A stretch of DNA of 62,382 nt, counting the filler, from Jimgerdemannia flammicorona (Eukaryota): NCBI GenBank assembly GCA_003990765.1. It is 3 parts of 3 records of this genome, joined end to end, with 100 filler letters (N's around TTAATTAATTAA, not from the genome) between each part and the next. Parts side by side here need not be neighbours in the genome. Positions count along the whole stretch, not along the records: positions 20,835 to 41,567 come from RBNJ01001600.1; 2 more parts are not named here. The stretch is one strand, 5' to 3'. Under the pieces are notes generated by a model. That model worked only from the letters and a program-made list of their open reading frames with translations, made no database searches and was not told the DNA's origin. A program made the position numbers and the translations under genes. Below, piece after piece: positions 22,023 through 34,500 of this stretch. Positions within the stretch are counted from its first letter, which is position 1, and every line of letters begins with the position of its first letter.

Positions 22023-22373
22023 TAGTATTCTAAACAAATTATATTAATTCAAATCAAATCAAATTGAGAGTTATTGAATTGGAAATTTTTGAATTTAAAT
22101 CAAATTTAAATTAAATTGAGATCTGATTTAATTTGATTTGAAATATTTATCTCAAATTCAAAATATAATAACTTAATAAAAATATATCTAAATTTAATAT
22201 TCTTTATTGTACTAGATTCTCTATTATAAGATATATCGAATAAGCTGAAATTTATTAAATTTAGATATGTTTTGATTGAGTTATTAAATTTTGAGAAATT
22301 ATATTCAAATTGGACTTCAAATTAAATTGAATTAGAGGTAAATTTGATTCAATTCAATTTGTTCTAAGTACTA
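22023..22373. mobile_element. Second hAT-type palindromic MITE
   Basis: TAGTATT...AGTACTA termini, internal inverted arms, and 8-bp TSD ATTCAGAC (22015-22022) / ACTCAGAC (22374-22381). Confidence 0.8.
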
Positions 22374-24714
22374 ACTCAGACTAATTAAGACAGTAGACTC
22401 TAAGGAAGACCTAGAAGAATACCAATCTAATGATAGCCAACAGAGAACTATAGACCTAGGAATTTTTCAACTAATTATCTTTAGCAATTAAAAGAGCTAA
22501 GAACTTTAGATATCTGAACAATATCAGCCACCAGTCTAGAGATTTAGACTGCTCACTCTCACTAATCTATTTGATCTTCTTTCTAGAAACCAAGTAATCT
22601 TAAGTTATATAACACTTTAACTATATTAAGCAGAACTCTCATCAGAAGAATTAACCCTTATAGTACTATTATCTATAACTATAATGACTGACAGACACAT
22701 CCAAGCTCTGATCTAGTAGCTGGTAGCTCTGGTAGAAATAGTAGACCAGATAGTCAAATAGAATAAACCTACTAAGAAATTGTAAATTCCAACCTTTAGT
22801 AGAAAAAACAGTAATATTTAAAGTTTTATCAATATAGTTAATTAGAATATTATACTATTCAGTAGAATGATAATTGAGTACCTATCTGAATACTTATTAA
22901 TAATATTGATAGTATCCTTTAGTGACTATTTATTATATTAGTAGCCTAGGTAGAAATAGTTGTAACTGTTTTCATAAAAACAGTAGCTAAGTTCTAATAT
23001 ACTATAGAAGAACATCTAGTAATCTGAAAAGATTATCCTCAAGTTGATGAACAGAATCCAACCAATGTCAGACCAGAATAAGATGACCATAATATAGCCC
23101 CAGGACTCAAGACTCTTTTATTAAATAAATTTTGAAATATAGCCTATATTCAGAAAACCTAAAATAAGCTGGCCCATATAAAGTTTTATAAGAATGATAA
23201 GAAGGATCTCAAAACCTTTACTATCAGAATAGATGCTTATCTCAAGACTATGAGAATTACCTATCAGAAGAACAATTAAACTATCAATAGTACTAGAGTC
23301 AACTATCTCTTTATATATAGTCTTATCAGATTGACTCATTCAGAAGATCAAGAAATAGGGCCTTCTTTAAGGATACAGATACTACTCATAGTGTTTTGCT
23401 CAAGTGCAGCAAAAAGTCTACAAAATTCTAGCTACTCAGATCTCACAAAACTGAGAACTCAAGGAGGACTAATAAAATAAAAGAGCTATTACATCTGAGA
23501 ACAAGGACTAGAACAGCCAAAAGAACTATAGAAGAACTAAGTCATATAGTGATAATGAATAAAGACAACTTCAGAAAAAGGACCTGTACTTTATTTATAA
23601 GAAAAAAAGATAGATATTTTATAATTATCTAGAAAAAAAGAACAAAGGTTCTTCCAGTAACTTGAAAAAATATAATATCACTATAATTAGAGAAGATCCA
23701 GATAAGAGAAGCTTAGAAAATATTATCAAAGTATAGAAAATATTCTACAAGACCACCATCTCTACTAAGACATACTCAACCAATATAGACTATAATATTT
23801 ACAATAGTCAGAATCTCACTATTCTACTAAGCTCAAATATAGTAGTATAGATAGATATTGAAATGTAAGCCCTCAAATAAATCTACATCTATCTAGCTAA
23901 ACAAAGTAGCCTGACTAAAGAATTCAATATTAGTCTAAGAGGAGAAATTATTAATCAAGACTTTATAGAAGAAATTCAAGTCATTCTGCAAAATTTTGAT
24001 AACATATCCTTTAATATAAAGATTGATCAAAGGATTGCCCAAGTTATTATCAAAAAGATCCAAGAAAACCTCACTATCAAAGAAGTTTCTAAACTAGATA
24101 AGTCTGACTGAGGTAAGAAAGGATTTAGCTCTACTAAACAAACTTTCAACAAATAAAGAGTCAATATAGTTAATGAGAATAGTGATAAAACCTAGTATCA
24201 GAGAATTGTAAATAGTTATGTACTATGAAAATGATGCTCTCATTCTATCTGAATATATGTACTATATAGAATATATTAGTAAATACTATATATGTCTCTC
24301 TGAAGTTTTTAAGATCTAAACTGCAAGATGCTAAGCTAAAGAGATAATAGAAGAACCCAAACCAGACCACATTACTTATAAAGGATGAGATGAGACTGAC
24401 TTTAAGAAGAATGAAATAAATTGGGATAATAATAATAAACTCAATACTATTATAAAAGAAGACAGTTAGTTTGAAAGATAAGCCAAAAAAAAACTATATA
24501 ATAGTCTTATTAAATAGTAGTATCACAGAAAATTATATCAGCACTAAGATAGCTAAAAGAATTATAGTCCAAAATAAGTCAGTAGTTGAAAGAAATAAGT
24601 TATCTTTAGTAATAGAAAGACTTAGCCATTAATCCAAATTTGTAAAAATCTACTATTTAAGATTGATAAGTATCAAGAGAGGCTAGACTTTAGTATTGTA
24701 GATTTTTTAGAATA

Positions 24715-27700
24715 TATAATAATTTTACAGTTATATCTAGTTTTAGTATATTTTTACATCTTTTAGTTAGTCTTTTCTTATTATTTCTTGAACATTCTAC
24801 TATATTCTATCATCTTCTACTTATTTAGAAATCTTCTCTTAGTATCCAGATACTATTAGAACACTCTTGTCTTTCCTTAGTACCAAGTGTCTTGTCTTAG
24901 CTAGTCATAGAACCTTTTGGAACATTGTAGAACCATATTAGTCATCTTTGCTGAAAACTTATTTCTTGGCATTTCTCTTTCTTTCCAAGATCCTTCTGGA
25001 TCTTTCTTTCAGATCATATATAAATATTCTTGTTCTCTATCTAAATAAAGCTCAGAATATTTTCTCTCAGAAATTCTTCAAGAATACATAAACCTTTAAG
25101 TATCTCTTTAAGCTACTTTAGACTAACTAGAACTTCTATTAGCCACTTCCTCTTTAAAGAAACTAGAACTGTTACATTTGGTAGCAATAGTATTATTATA
25201 TCTTGCTATAGTTTCTTGATTTCCAGGTATGTGTATATTACCAGAGTTAGTAGAATATGTGTGAGCATAATACCATTTTGTTTTAGAACATGAGAGCAGA
25301 AGTTTAGTGGATATTGGAGAAATAACATAACTTTTTGCTCTTGGAAAAAAAAAAAAAAAAAAAAAAAAAAACATTATATCTTGCCTTATTAAGAAACCTC
25401 ACACAAATCCAGAAACCAGTCACAACTAGTTATATGAACTTGAAATGAGCCATGAAGAGTCAGCCTACCAGCCAGACCCCTCTACTACAGAAGAAGTAGG
25501 AGAACCACAGCTTGGCATAGAGGATATGATTAATGCTATGACTCATCAAATCTAAGAACTTCAAGTATAACTAGAATAGCAGAAATAAGAACTATAAGTA
25601 CATTATATTCTGCTATAATACTAGTTAGTTTCAAACCACTCAAGCCAGATATCTTTGATAGTCATTGAGGAGGACTATCTATAGATATATGGATCTTTCA
25701 GTTAGACCAATACTTTGAGCTTACAAGAATGGAAGAAGATATACAAGTTTAATTTGCCACTATACTTCTCTGAGAAAATACAGCTATCTAGTGGTGCAAT
25801 TATATTATAGTTACATCTATACACTCATATGCATGAATCAGAGACTGGGAAGCTTTTAAGAGAGCCCTTCATAAGCAGTTTAAGCCTGCTAATGCTACCA
25901 AGCTAGCTAGAGACAAGCTAGCAAACATTAAGCAACTCAAGTCTATATGAAGCTATAATGTATAATTCTTGTCAATCTTACTTAAGCTACCAGCAATATC
26001 TGAGAATGAAAAGATAGACTGCTATATCTAAGGCCTGAAGGGAAATATACAAGTTAAGGTTGAGCTAGAAGAGTCCAAAAACCTTAATGAAGCCATGAGA
26101 ATCACTGATAAGTTTGATGTCATCATCTTTAGTAACTATTTTGAACCAGAATACTATAAGAAGAACTACTTCAAGAACTGCCACAAGAACCAACCAAGGA
26201 CAGTTAGCCTGGTACCAATGGACTTAGACACTATAAATAAAAAGAATACCAAGCTCACCCCTGAAGAAAAGGACTATCTGAAGAAATCTGGAGTCTGTTT
26301 TTTCTGTTGCCAAATAAGACACATTGTAACCAAATATTCTAAGAAGACTAGTAAACTTCAAGATTAGTTACCATGTTGTCCAAGGATACATCCATCAACC
26401 CCACCACTAGTCAACCCAAGCTCAAGATCAAGAAGCTTCATCTGAAGGCCCAGGCCCCTCAATATCAAACAGAAGGAATTATTGGTATTGACCTACACTC
26501 TGCCAAACAAGTCACCATTTCAGCCAAGAGCTGAACTCTGGTGCCTACTGGAATTGCAGTTTAATGTCCTAAAGAATATTATGTTAGAATTGTACTATAA
26601 TCAAGACTCAGTATTAAATATCATTTAGATATAGATACTAGTGTCATTCACCCAGACTTTCAAGGACAAGTTCAAGTTCTACTTATCAACCAGAAGAATC
26701 AAAACTACATAGTCAAGGAAGGAGACTGAGTTATGCAAATGATCCTAGAAAAAGCCAGTTAACTTAAGATTACAGAAGTCTAAGAACTCCCTGAAACTAA
26801 GTGAGACCAAAAAGGTTTGAATAGCACTGATCAAGCAGCAAGTCTTACTGAAAATTGAGCTCAAGCTATACTTATTTTCAAAGGCCTAATTAAAGGAAAA
26901 GAAGTTCAAGTACTTATAGACAGCAGAGCTGCAGGGAACTTCATCAATCAGAACCTCATTGAAAGCCTCAAGATTCTTATCAAACCTGTATCTAAGAATA
27001 ATAGTATAGTAACTACAGATGGTACTCTACACCCCATTGAGTCAATTGTTACCAAACTACCTATCAAGATTCAGAAATATTGGAAATAAGTAGACTTCAA
27101 GATTATACCACTAGGAGATTATGATCTGATTCTAAAAAAACCCTGGCTTATGAAATATAACCCAGACATTAATTAGTGCAAGAATGAAGTCACCTTACTT
27201 AAAGATAGAGCCAACATCACTATCAAGATAGATAAGACCACAAGTAAGACCCAGATTGCAATACTGTCAGCTATATAGTATAAGAGAGCAAACAAGAAGG
27301 AAATGCATACCTTTATTATAATAGTCTGTCCCAAGAAAAAAGACAAGAGACTATTAGTCAATAAAAGCATTAAGTTACTGCTAGAAGAATTTAAGGATAT
27401 CTTTCCAGACAAGCTATCTGGCCTACCACCTATATGAGAAGTTGATCATGAAATTGAACTGACCCCAGAAACTGTACTACCCAAGAAATACATATACTAC
27501 ATATCACTACTCAAAATTAAAGTAGTTAAGAAGAAACTAGAAGAACTACTTATATAAGGAGTTATTCAGTCAAGCAAATCTCCTTATGGCTCACCAGTCT
27601 TATTCATTAAGAAAAAGTATAGTACTCTGTAAATATATATAGACTATCATATACTCAACAAACTCACTATCAAGAACCACTATCCACTACTTTTGATTGA

Positions 27701-30700
27701 TCAAATCTTTGATGCTCTCAAGAATACCAAGTACTTCACCAAGTTGGATCTTATGTCAGGATACCACCAGATCTGAATCAAGCCAGAAAACATTTCCAAG
27801 ACTATGTTTATGACCCCTTTTGGACTCTACAAATTCCTGGTCTTAGTATTTGATCTCACCAATGTACCTGTTATATTCCAGACCCTGATGAATAAGATAT
27901 TTAAGAACTAACTATATATTTTCCTATTGATATATCTTGATGATATCCTGATCTTTAGTATAACTAAAGAAGAATACCTCAAATACATTTGAATAGTCCT
28001 GAAGATCCTGTGAAAATACAAGCTTTACACTAAGCTCAAGAAGTATAAATTCTTCAAGAAACAAGTTGAATATCTTAGCTATATTGTCTCTGCATAAGAA
28101 ATTCAAGTAGACCCACACAAGATAGAAGTAATTGAAGAATGGTCCATTCTATTGAACCTCACAGAACTCTGATCCTTCCTTGGCCTAGCTGGCTAGCTGC
28201 TTTGTCAGAAACTTCTCTGGTATTACTAAGCCACTGAGTAACCTCATGAGGAAGGCCCCATACTCAGACCACTATATACTCTGTACCTGAGACCTCTTCT
28301 GTCAACAAGTTTTCAAGAACTCAAGAACTACCTGACCCATACTCTAGTCCTGTATAATGCAGATCAAGACCTAAAATTTATAGTCACCACTAATGTATCA
28401 AATTTTGCCATTGGAGTAGTTCTGTTACAAGATGATGGCAAAGGATATTGTCTTATTACTTTTAAGTCCCATAAGTTAGTCCTAGCTGAATAAAAGCTAA
28501 CCACCTATAAGAAAGAACTACTAGCAATAATATATATACTAGACTACTAGTGATACTATCTAGAAGGTATTGAGTTTGATATCATTACTGACTATCAATC
28601 TCTCAAGTATATCAACACCCAATATACTCTGTTATATCTACAAGCCAAGTGGAGTCTCAAGCTTCAAACCTTCAATCCAATGATCATTTATAAGCCTGGC
28701 AAGACACTTGTAGTATCAGATGTTTTATCAAAATACTCTGATCTCACCACAATTATACAAGTCACCTTGATATCAGAATTCCTAGACCAAATCAGACAAG
28801 CTTACAAAGAAGATACAGTTACTACTAGAGTTTTCTCAAATGAGCTCAAGGATACATATACTGTCAAGAACAATCTGATCTATTATTAAGACCAAGTATA
28901 TCTACCTAAAAACATGAACCTATACTATAAGGTTTTGCAAGAATACCATGACTCCCATCTTGCTGGTTACCTGAGAATTGAGAAGACTGTTAAGAATATC
29001 CAACACTGCTACTATTGACTAAGTATTGTCAAGGAAATCAAGAACTATATTGCTAGCTGTAATCTATGCCAGCACAACAAGTCTACCAACTAAGTGCTGG
29101 CCAGTTTACTACAACTACTGTTAATTTCCACTAAGAAATTTGAACAAGTTATTATGGACTTTGTAACTCAACTATGAACTCAATCTGATGCTGACACTAT
29201 CATCATATTCATTGATCACCTCACTAAGACTATAGTTGCTGAACCAACTACTACCAATGCTACTATACTTGAGATTATAAGAATCTTCTTCAAGTCCATC
29301 TTTTGTCACTATGGCCTATTATAAGTAATTATCAGTGATTATGACCTCAAGTTCACCAGTCACTTTTGGCAAACTCTCTTCAAGATTCTGAGAATCCAAT
29401 TGGCTATATCTACTATCTTTTACTTACAAACTGATAGACAAACCAAGTGTATAAACAGAACTCTAGAATAAAAGCTTAGAAACTATATTTCTTATAAGCA
29501 AGATGATTGGGACCACTATCTGACTTATGCAGAGTTTGCATATAATAATACCATCCAATCATCTACTGGTCTTTTCCCTTTTATGGTTAAGATTCTAAGA
29601 CTCCTATAAGTCTATTCTCTTTTAAGAAAAGCAGTTAAATATAAGTTCCTACTGCCAAGAACCTCACAGACAAAATGGATAAACATTCAAGATTACTACT
29701 GTAAATCTTCAGAAGACTCAATAGCATCAAGCTAAGTATACTGATAAGAAATACTGTAATATTATTTATACTATTGGAGATCAAGTCCTACTATCTACTG
29801 AGAACCTTAAGATATAATCTCAAGTCAACTATCCTTTGAACAAGTTCCAATCCAAGTATATTGGACCTTTCAAGATCACTGAATAAGTCTCTGCATCCTC
29901 CTACTGCCTCAAACTATCTGAAATCATGAGAGTATACCCAGTTTTTCATATATCACACCTCAAGACCTAGAACTAGTCACCACTCTACCCTGGTCAAATT
30001 CCTAAGCTATCTGTCTCTATAATTGTTGAAGACCATATTGAGTATAAAGCTGAGAAAATTCTTAACAAATGAATCTGCTACCACTGTCTTGAATACCTAG
30101 TCAAGTGGATGGGCTACTCTGAATATAATGCTACCTGGGAACCACTGGTCAACCTCAAGAACTCTCAAGATCTAGTTCAAGACTTCAAGACAAAATACAT
30201 TATCCAATCTCTGTAGTGACTTTCTTGAATTATTGATGACCTATAGTAATGATTAGTACCTTATGCATCAGAAGTTTACTTTGAGACCTCAGAATTAGTA
30301 AATATTTAATAAATAAGAAGTCTACTAAAATAAAGCTATTAGCTAGATTTGAACCCCTTCCAGTTAGTTAGTCTGATAATAGGCCTCTGCCCTATATAAG
30401 GATAGCCAATCTCCATCAATATACTAATACAAGTTTGAGAAATTTTGGTTAAGTATATCTAGTCTTATATTATCTAAGAACTCAATAAGGATATTGGTTC
30501 TTAAAGAGAGAGGGATGTAACAATTTCATAGTCATATCTAGTCTTAGTATATTTTTGTATCTTTAGTTAGTCTTTTCTTATCATTTCTTGAATATTCTAC
30601 TATGTTTTGCCACCTTCTACTTGCTTAGAAACCTTCTCTCAGTACTCAGATACTACTAGAACACTCTTGTCTTTTCTTAGTATCAAGCATCTTATCTTAG

Positions 30701-30958
30701 CTAGTCATAAAACTATATTAGTCATCTTTGTCAAGAACTTATTTCTTGGCATTTCTCTTTCTTTCCAAGATCCTTCTAGATCTTTCTTTCAGATCATATA
30801 TAAATATCTTTGTTCTCTATCTGAATAAAGCTCAGAATATTTTCTTCCAGAAATTCTTTAAAAATATATAAATCTTTATATATCTCTTTGAGCTACTTTA
30901 GACCAACTAGAACTTCCAGATTTAGCCACTTCCTTTTAAAGAAACTAGAACCATTACA
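24715..30958 (+). mobile_element. Full-length decayed Ty3/Gypsy chromovirus with dUTPase (copy 1)
   Basis: LTRs 24715-25176 and 30515-30958, 5-bp TSD GAATA, PBS TGGTAGCA, PPT AGAGAGAGGGA. Gag with CFFCCQIRH knuckle; dUTPase (GIDLHSA..PDFQGQVQVLLIN..GD*VMQMIL, ~26420-26830); protease LIDSRAAGNF; RT IYLDDIL (~27935); RNase H; integrase; chromodomain EYKAEKIL..EYLVKWMGYSEYNATWEP (~30040-30190). Many stops. Confidence 0.95.
25207..25371 (+). mobile_element. Short poly(A)-tailed retro-insertion (SINE-like or 5'-truncated LINE) inside Gypsy copy 1
   Basis: Ends in ~27 A and is flanked by the direct repeat ATTATATCTTGC (25195-25206 / 25373-25384). Absent from the equivalent site of copy 2 (~44970). 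Confidence 0.85.
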
Positions 30959-31539
30959 GAATATAATATTATTCTCAAAAAGACTTAGTTGACCAAGTAC
31001 AACTCAGATATCAACTAGAAGACAAATAAAGTCAATTTACTATATAAAGGAAGAAGGGTCACTCTAATGCTCTAGTAAAATAGAACCAACTACCAAGAAA
31101 TCAAACTCATCTCTACTATCCAAATAAAGAGACTATCATATAAGAAGAAAAATATCTATTACATCTGTATAGTAGAAGAAGTAATAGAAGCTCCAACTAG
31201 CCCAGTCTTATCAGAGGTCTAAAAACTCTTTGAGGAATTCTAAGATATTTTCTAGGAATCTACAGGTCTTCCTCTGAAGTATTAAGTTTAATATGGGATT
31301 GTTTATCCCAGAAGCTGAACTATTATATAAGAGTATCTATCAACTAGTCCAATCTGAGCTCAAAGTTCTCAAAGAAGAGCTGACCAAACTACTGACTTAA
31401 GTATATATCAAACCAAGCAGATTGCTCTTTTCAATTTAATTTAAACTTTATTTAAATTGAAAAATCATCAATTTAATTCAATTTAAATGACTTCAAATTT
31501 GATTTAATTTATATTAATTTGATTTATTTGAGAGCACTA

Positions 31540-34500
31540 GTCACTCCTAACTATTAGATAATAGCAAGAGCCTACTATCACTAAATATTATTCTAGTTCT
31601 CCTATACTAAGTAGTCTCTCTATCTTCCAATCTTACATAGTTTCCCCTTGTCTCTCTATATTAGAATTCCTATCTTATCTCTCTAAACTACTATACTACT
31701 CTACTAAAAACACCTTTTACTGGTAATATTCAGATGACACAAGACTCAGACAACACTTTTTACAATGTTTTTGATAAAAGAAGACTATCAACATAGACAG
31801 CAACAAGTATACTAGTAAGTATATCAGTCAGGGGAATAGTAGTGCCTTTGACTGATAGTATGTAGAGAGGAGGCAGAGAGACAGTTTGGGGATGCCAGAG
31901 CCTTCTATGGTTGGCCACAGTGTTGGTGGTAGAGAGAGGGGCAGACTGAGATAATAAGAAGAGAGAAGGATGATCTTTGCTAATAAGATCAAGATAGAGA
32001 GAATGACATCTGGTCTGGATAGTTGGTTGAGACTGGAGAAGGTATCAATGGCTTTAGTTGAGGGACAGGGAGGAGCCCCAATGGGAGAATTGGGCAGTAG
32101 GGGGGGGGGGGAAAGAGTAGGAGTGGGATATATAACTGCTGATGGAGCTGTGACTGAGGATCTGGCAAAAAATCTAGATGTGACAGTTGTTGGCAAATCA
32201 GGACAGAGAGAGGGCACAAGGTCTGGGGACCTGGCTGATGGCATGATAGGCATGGTATTAGCACTATTACTCAAAAAGTCAAGGTCAGAATTTGCCATCA
32301 CATTGTATTTCTGAGGCTTGACAGTGACTGCTAGGTGATTTTGGGACTGGTAGTGCAGGAGGTGAAGGGGGTGGCTTTGGTGAAGTTCTTGAAAGAGAAA
32401 AAAGGAGTTGAGGTTGAATTTGAAAAAGAGGCATTATTACTAAAGACTATGGAGAAGGGGGTAGTGGTGGACAGAATAGTGATCTCTATGACCAGGTGTA
32501 TGTACTGGAACCCCTGAGTGGTGTAGTTGATGGTGTTGGATCTTCCTATAGTATTGAGAGAGAAAGCCAGAGAGTTGATTATAGAGGTGGTCAAGGAATA
32601 TGGAGAAATCATAGATATCAGATTCAGAGTCTGGGAGGGTACTGAACTCCAGATAGGAGATATCAATATCAAAGTAAGACTGGCTAGGAGAGAGAATACT
32701 GGGAAGGTAAGAGATTGACTGGTAACCCTTAAGTAGAGTTTGGTTGAATACAAGGTTTTGTGGGTGAAGGAGATGCCAGAGAAAGAGGAGGACTTGCTGG
32801 AGGCTCTTGAGGATCTAGTAGAAGCAGTAGAGAGGAGGAGATTGGCTTGGAAAGAGTATGAAGCCAAGACAGTGGTGGAGATTGTGGATGGAAAAAAGAT
32901 CAGAATGGACCAGGTGGCCTGAGAGAAGATGCAGGGGAGGCAAATCAAGAAAGAGCTGTTGGGGAAGTTGGGAGAGGGTATAGCAGGCAGCAGTGCAGGA
33001 GAAGGGGGTACTGGACTGATGGAGAGTGCTTGGGCAGGGGAGTGTAGAATGGCTCAGGATGCAGCCCAGGGTGGATTGAGCAAGGAGAGACTGAGCAGTA
33101 TAGTAGAGGATACTAAAATGGGTGAGAAAGCATATCCTCAGTATGGTATCTTGAGTAGGGCAAGTGAGGAGGAGAAACTACTAGACATATTAGAAGAGAA
33201 GTAGGATGAGTTGGGGCAGAGGAGTGCCTTGGTGGATCCTGTGGTAGAGGTCAAAGGAGTTGCCTGGGGTATTGCTGAGGCAGTAGATGAAGAGAAGTGG
33301 CTGTGGAAGACTCTAGAAAGGGTGGTGGCTGAGGATCTGGGGGGAGAGAACTTCTAGATCCTAAGTAATAGGTATTGGGAGAAAATTCTCCATGAGGAGG
33401 AGGTGCCAAGGAAGATTAGGAATGAGATCCTGGTAGTGCTCTTGGAGTTGGAGGAATATCAAGTAGATGATCAGAGAGAGGAGGCCCTTTGAGGAATTGC
33501 AAATAACTAGACAGTATACTTATGGAACTTGAGAAAAGGGTTGAAGAAGTAAAGAGTAGTATAAATGAATTATTGGGCAGAAATGAAGGTTGTGGATAGA
33601 GTAGAGTGTCAGGAAATCTTGAAAGCACTGGATGCTCAGACTGTAGTGGAGGGTGAGTTAGAGACAGAGTAGTACTTGGATCTTGCTAGTGATGAGATGA
33701 GTATGGAATTCTAGACTAGACTCTCATTATCAACCATTATTCAATATAAATAGTACAACTAGAATCTTTTCTTTGAATGTGAATGAGTTGAGGAGAGTAG
33801 CATGGTACAGAAATATATTTGGCTAGTTGAAGGGACTGAATGCAGATCTCTTCTTACTATAAGATGTGTGGTATAAGGTAGACATGGACTTGCAGAACTG
33901 GACTAGAGAATGGAGTGGGGCAGCTGTGTGGACTGGGCAGGTGGGTATTCTGGTTCATAAGGGGATAGGGGACATTAGAGACATTGAATATTTGGGGAGT
34001 AGATTGGTATGGGGAGTGTGGAGGAGGTCTGGGTGGAATCCTTTGACTGTTGGATCATATTATTGCCCAGCTGAGAGGGGGGAATGTATAGATTGGATCA
34101 GAGACTTGAGGGAGACTGGTGTTATAGGGGAGACAGGAATTGATTGTCTGGGGGGAGATTTCAACATAGTTTGTAATAATGGAGTAGACAGAACTGATGG
34201 CAGGAGAGAAATGAGAGGCAGAAGCAGTGGATTGGACAATTGGATGGAGATTGAGAGGTTGAGCTCCTTGGTTGACTTGGGGTGACAGTTTTGGGTAGAG
34301 CACTGAATTTATACTCACTAAGTAGTAGGGCTGGGCTCCAGAATTGAGTGTTGATGGCAGAGTACTGGGGAGTGAATGTCTGGGACATATTAGAGGTAGT
34401 TTGGTGTCTGTGGTTGGATCACTAGGGTCTGATAGGAAGTGGGAGATTTAGGGGAAGTGGGGATGGGCCTGGACATTGGCAACTGAACTCTTCTTTGTTA

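Larger units (their letters stand above)
20900..31420 (+). mobile_element. Old, heavily mutated Ty3/Gypsy element with dUTPase, interrupted by a MITE (22023-22373) and a younger Gypsy (24715-30958)
   Basis: Gag-like region ~22700-23640. dUTPase GEIINQDFIEEIQVILQN..DQRIAQVII..GKKGFSST (~23770-24140). Protease-like LLNSSITENYIS (~24505). The reading DFSIVDFLE resumes as YNIILKKT*LTKYNSDIN after 30963. The 5' boundary is approximate. Confidence 0.7.
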
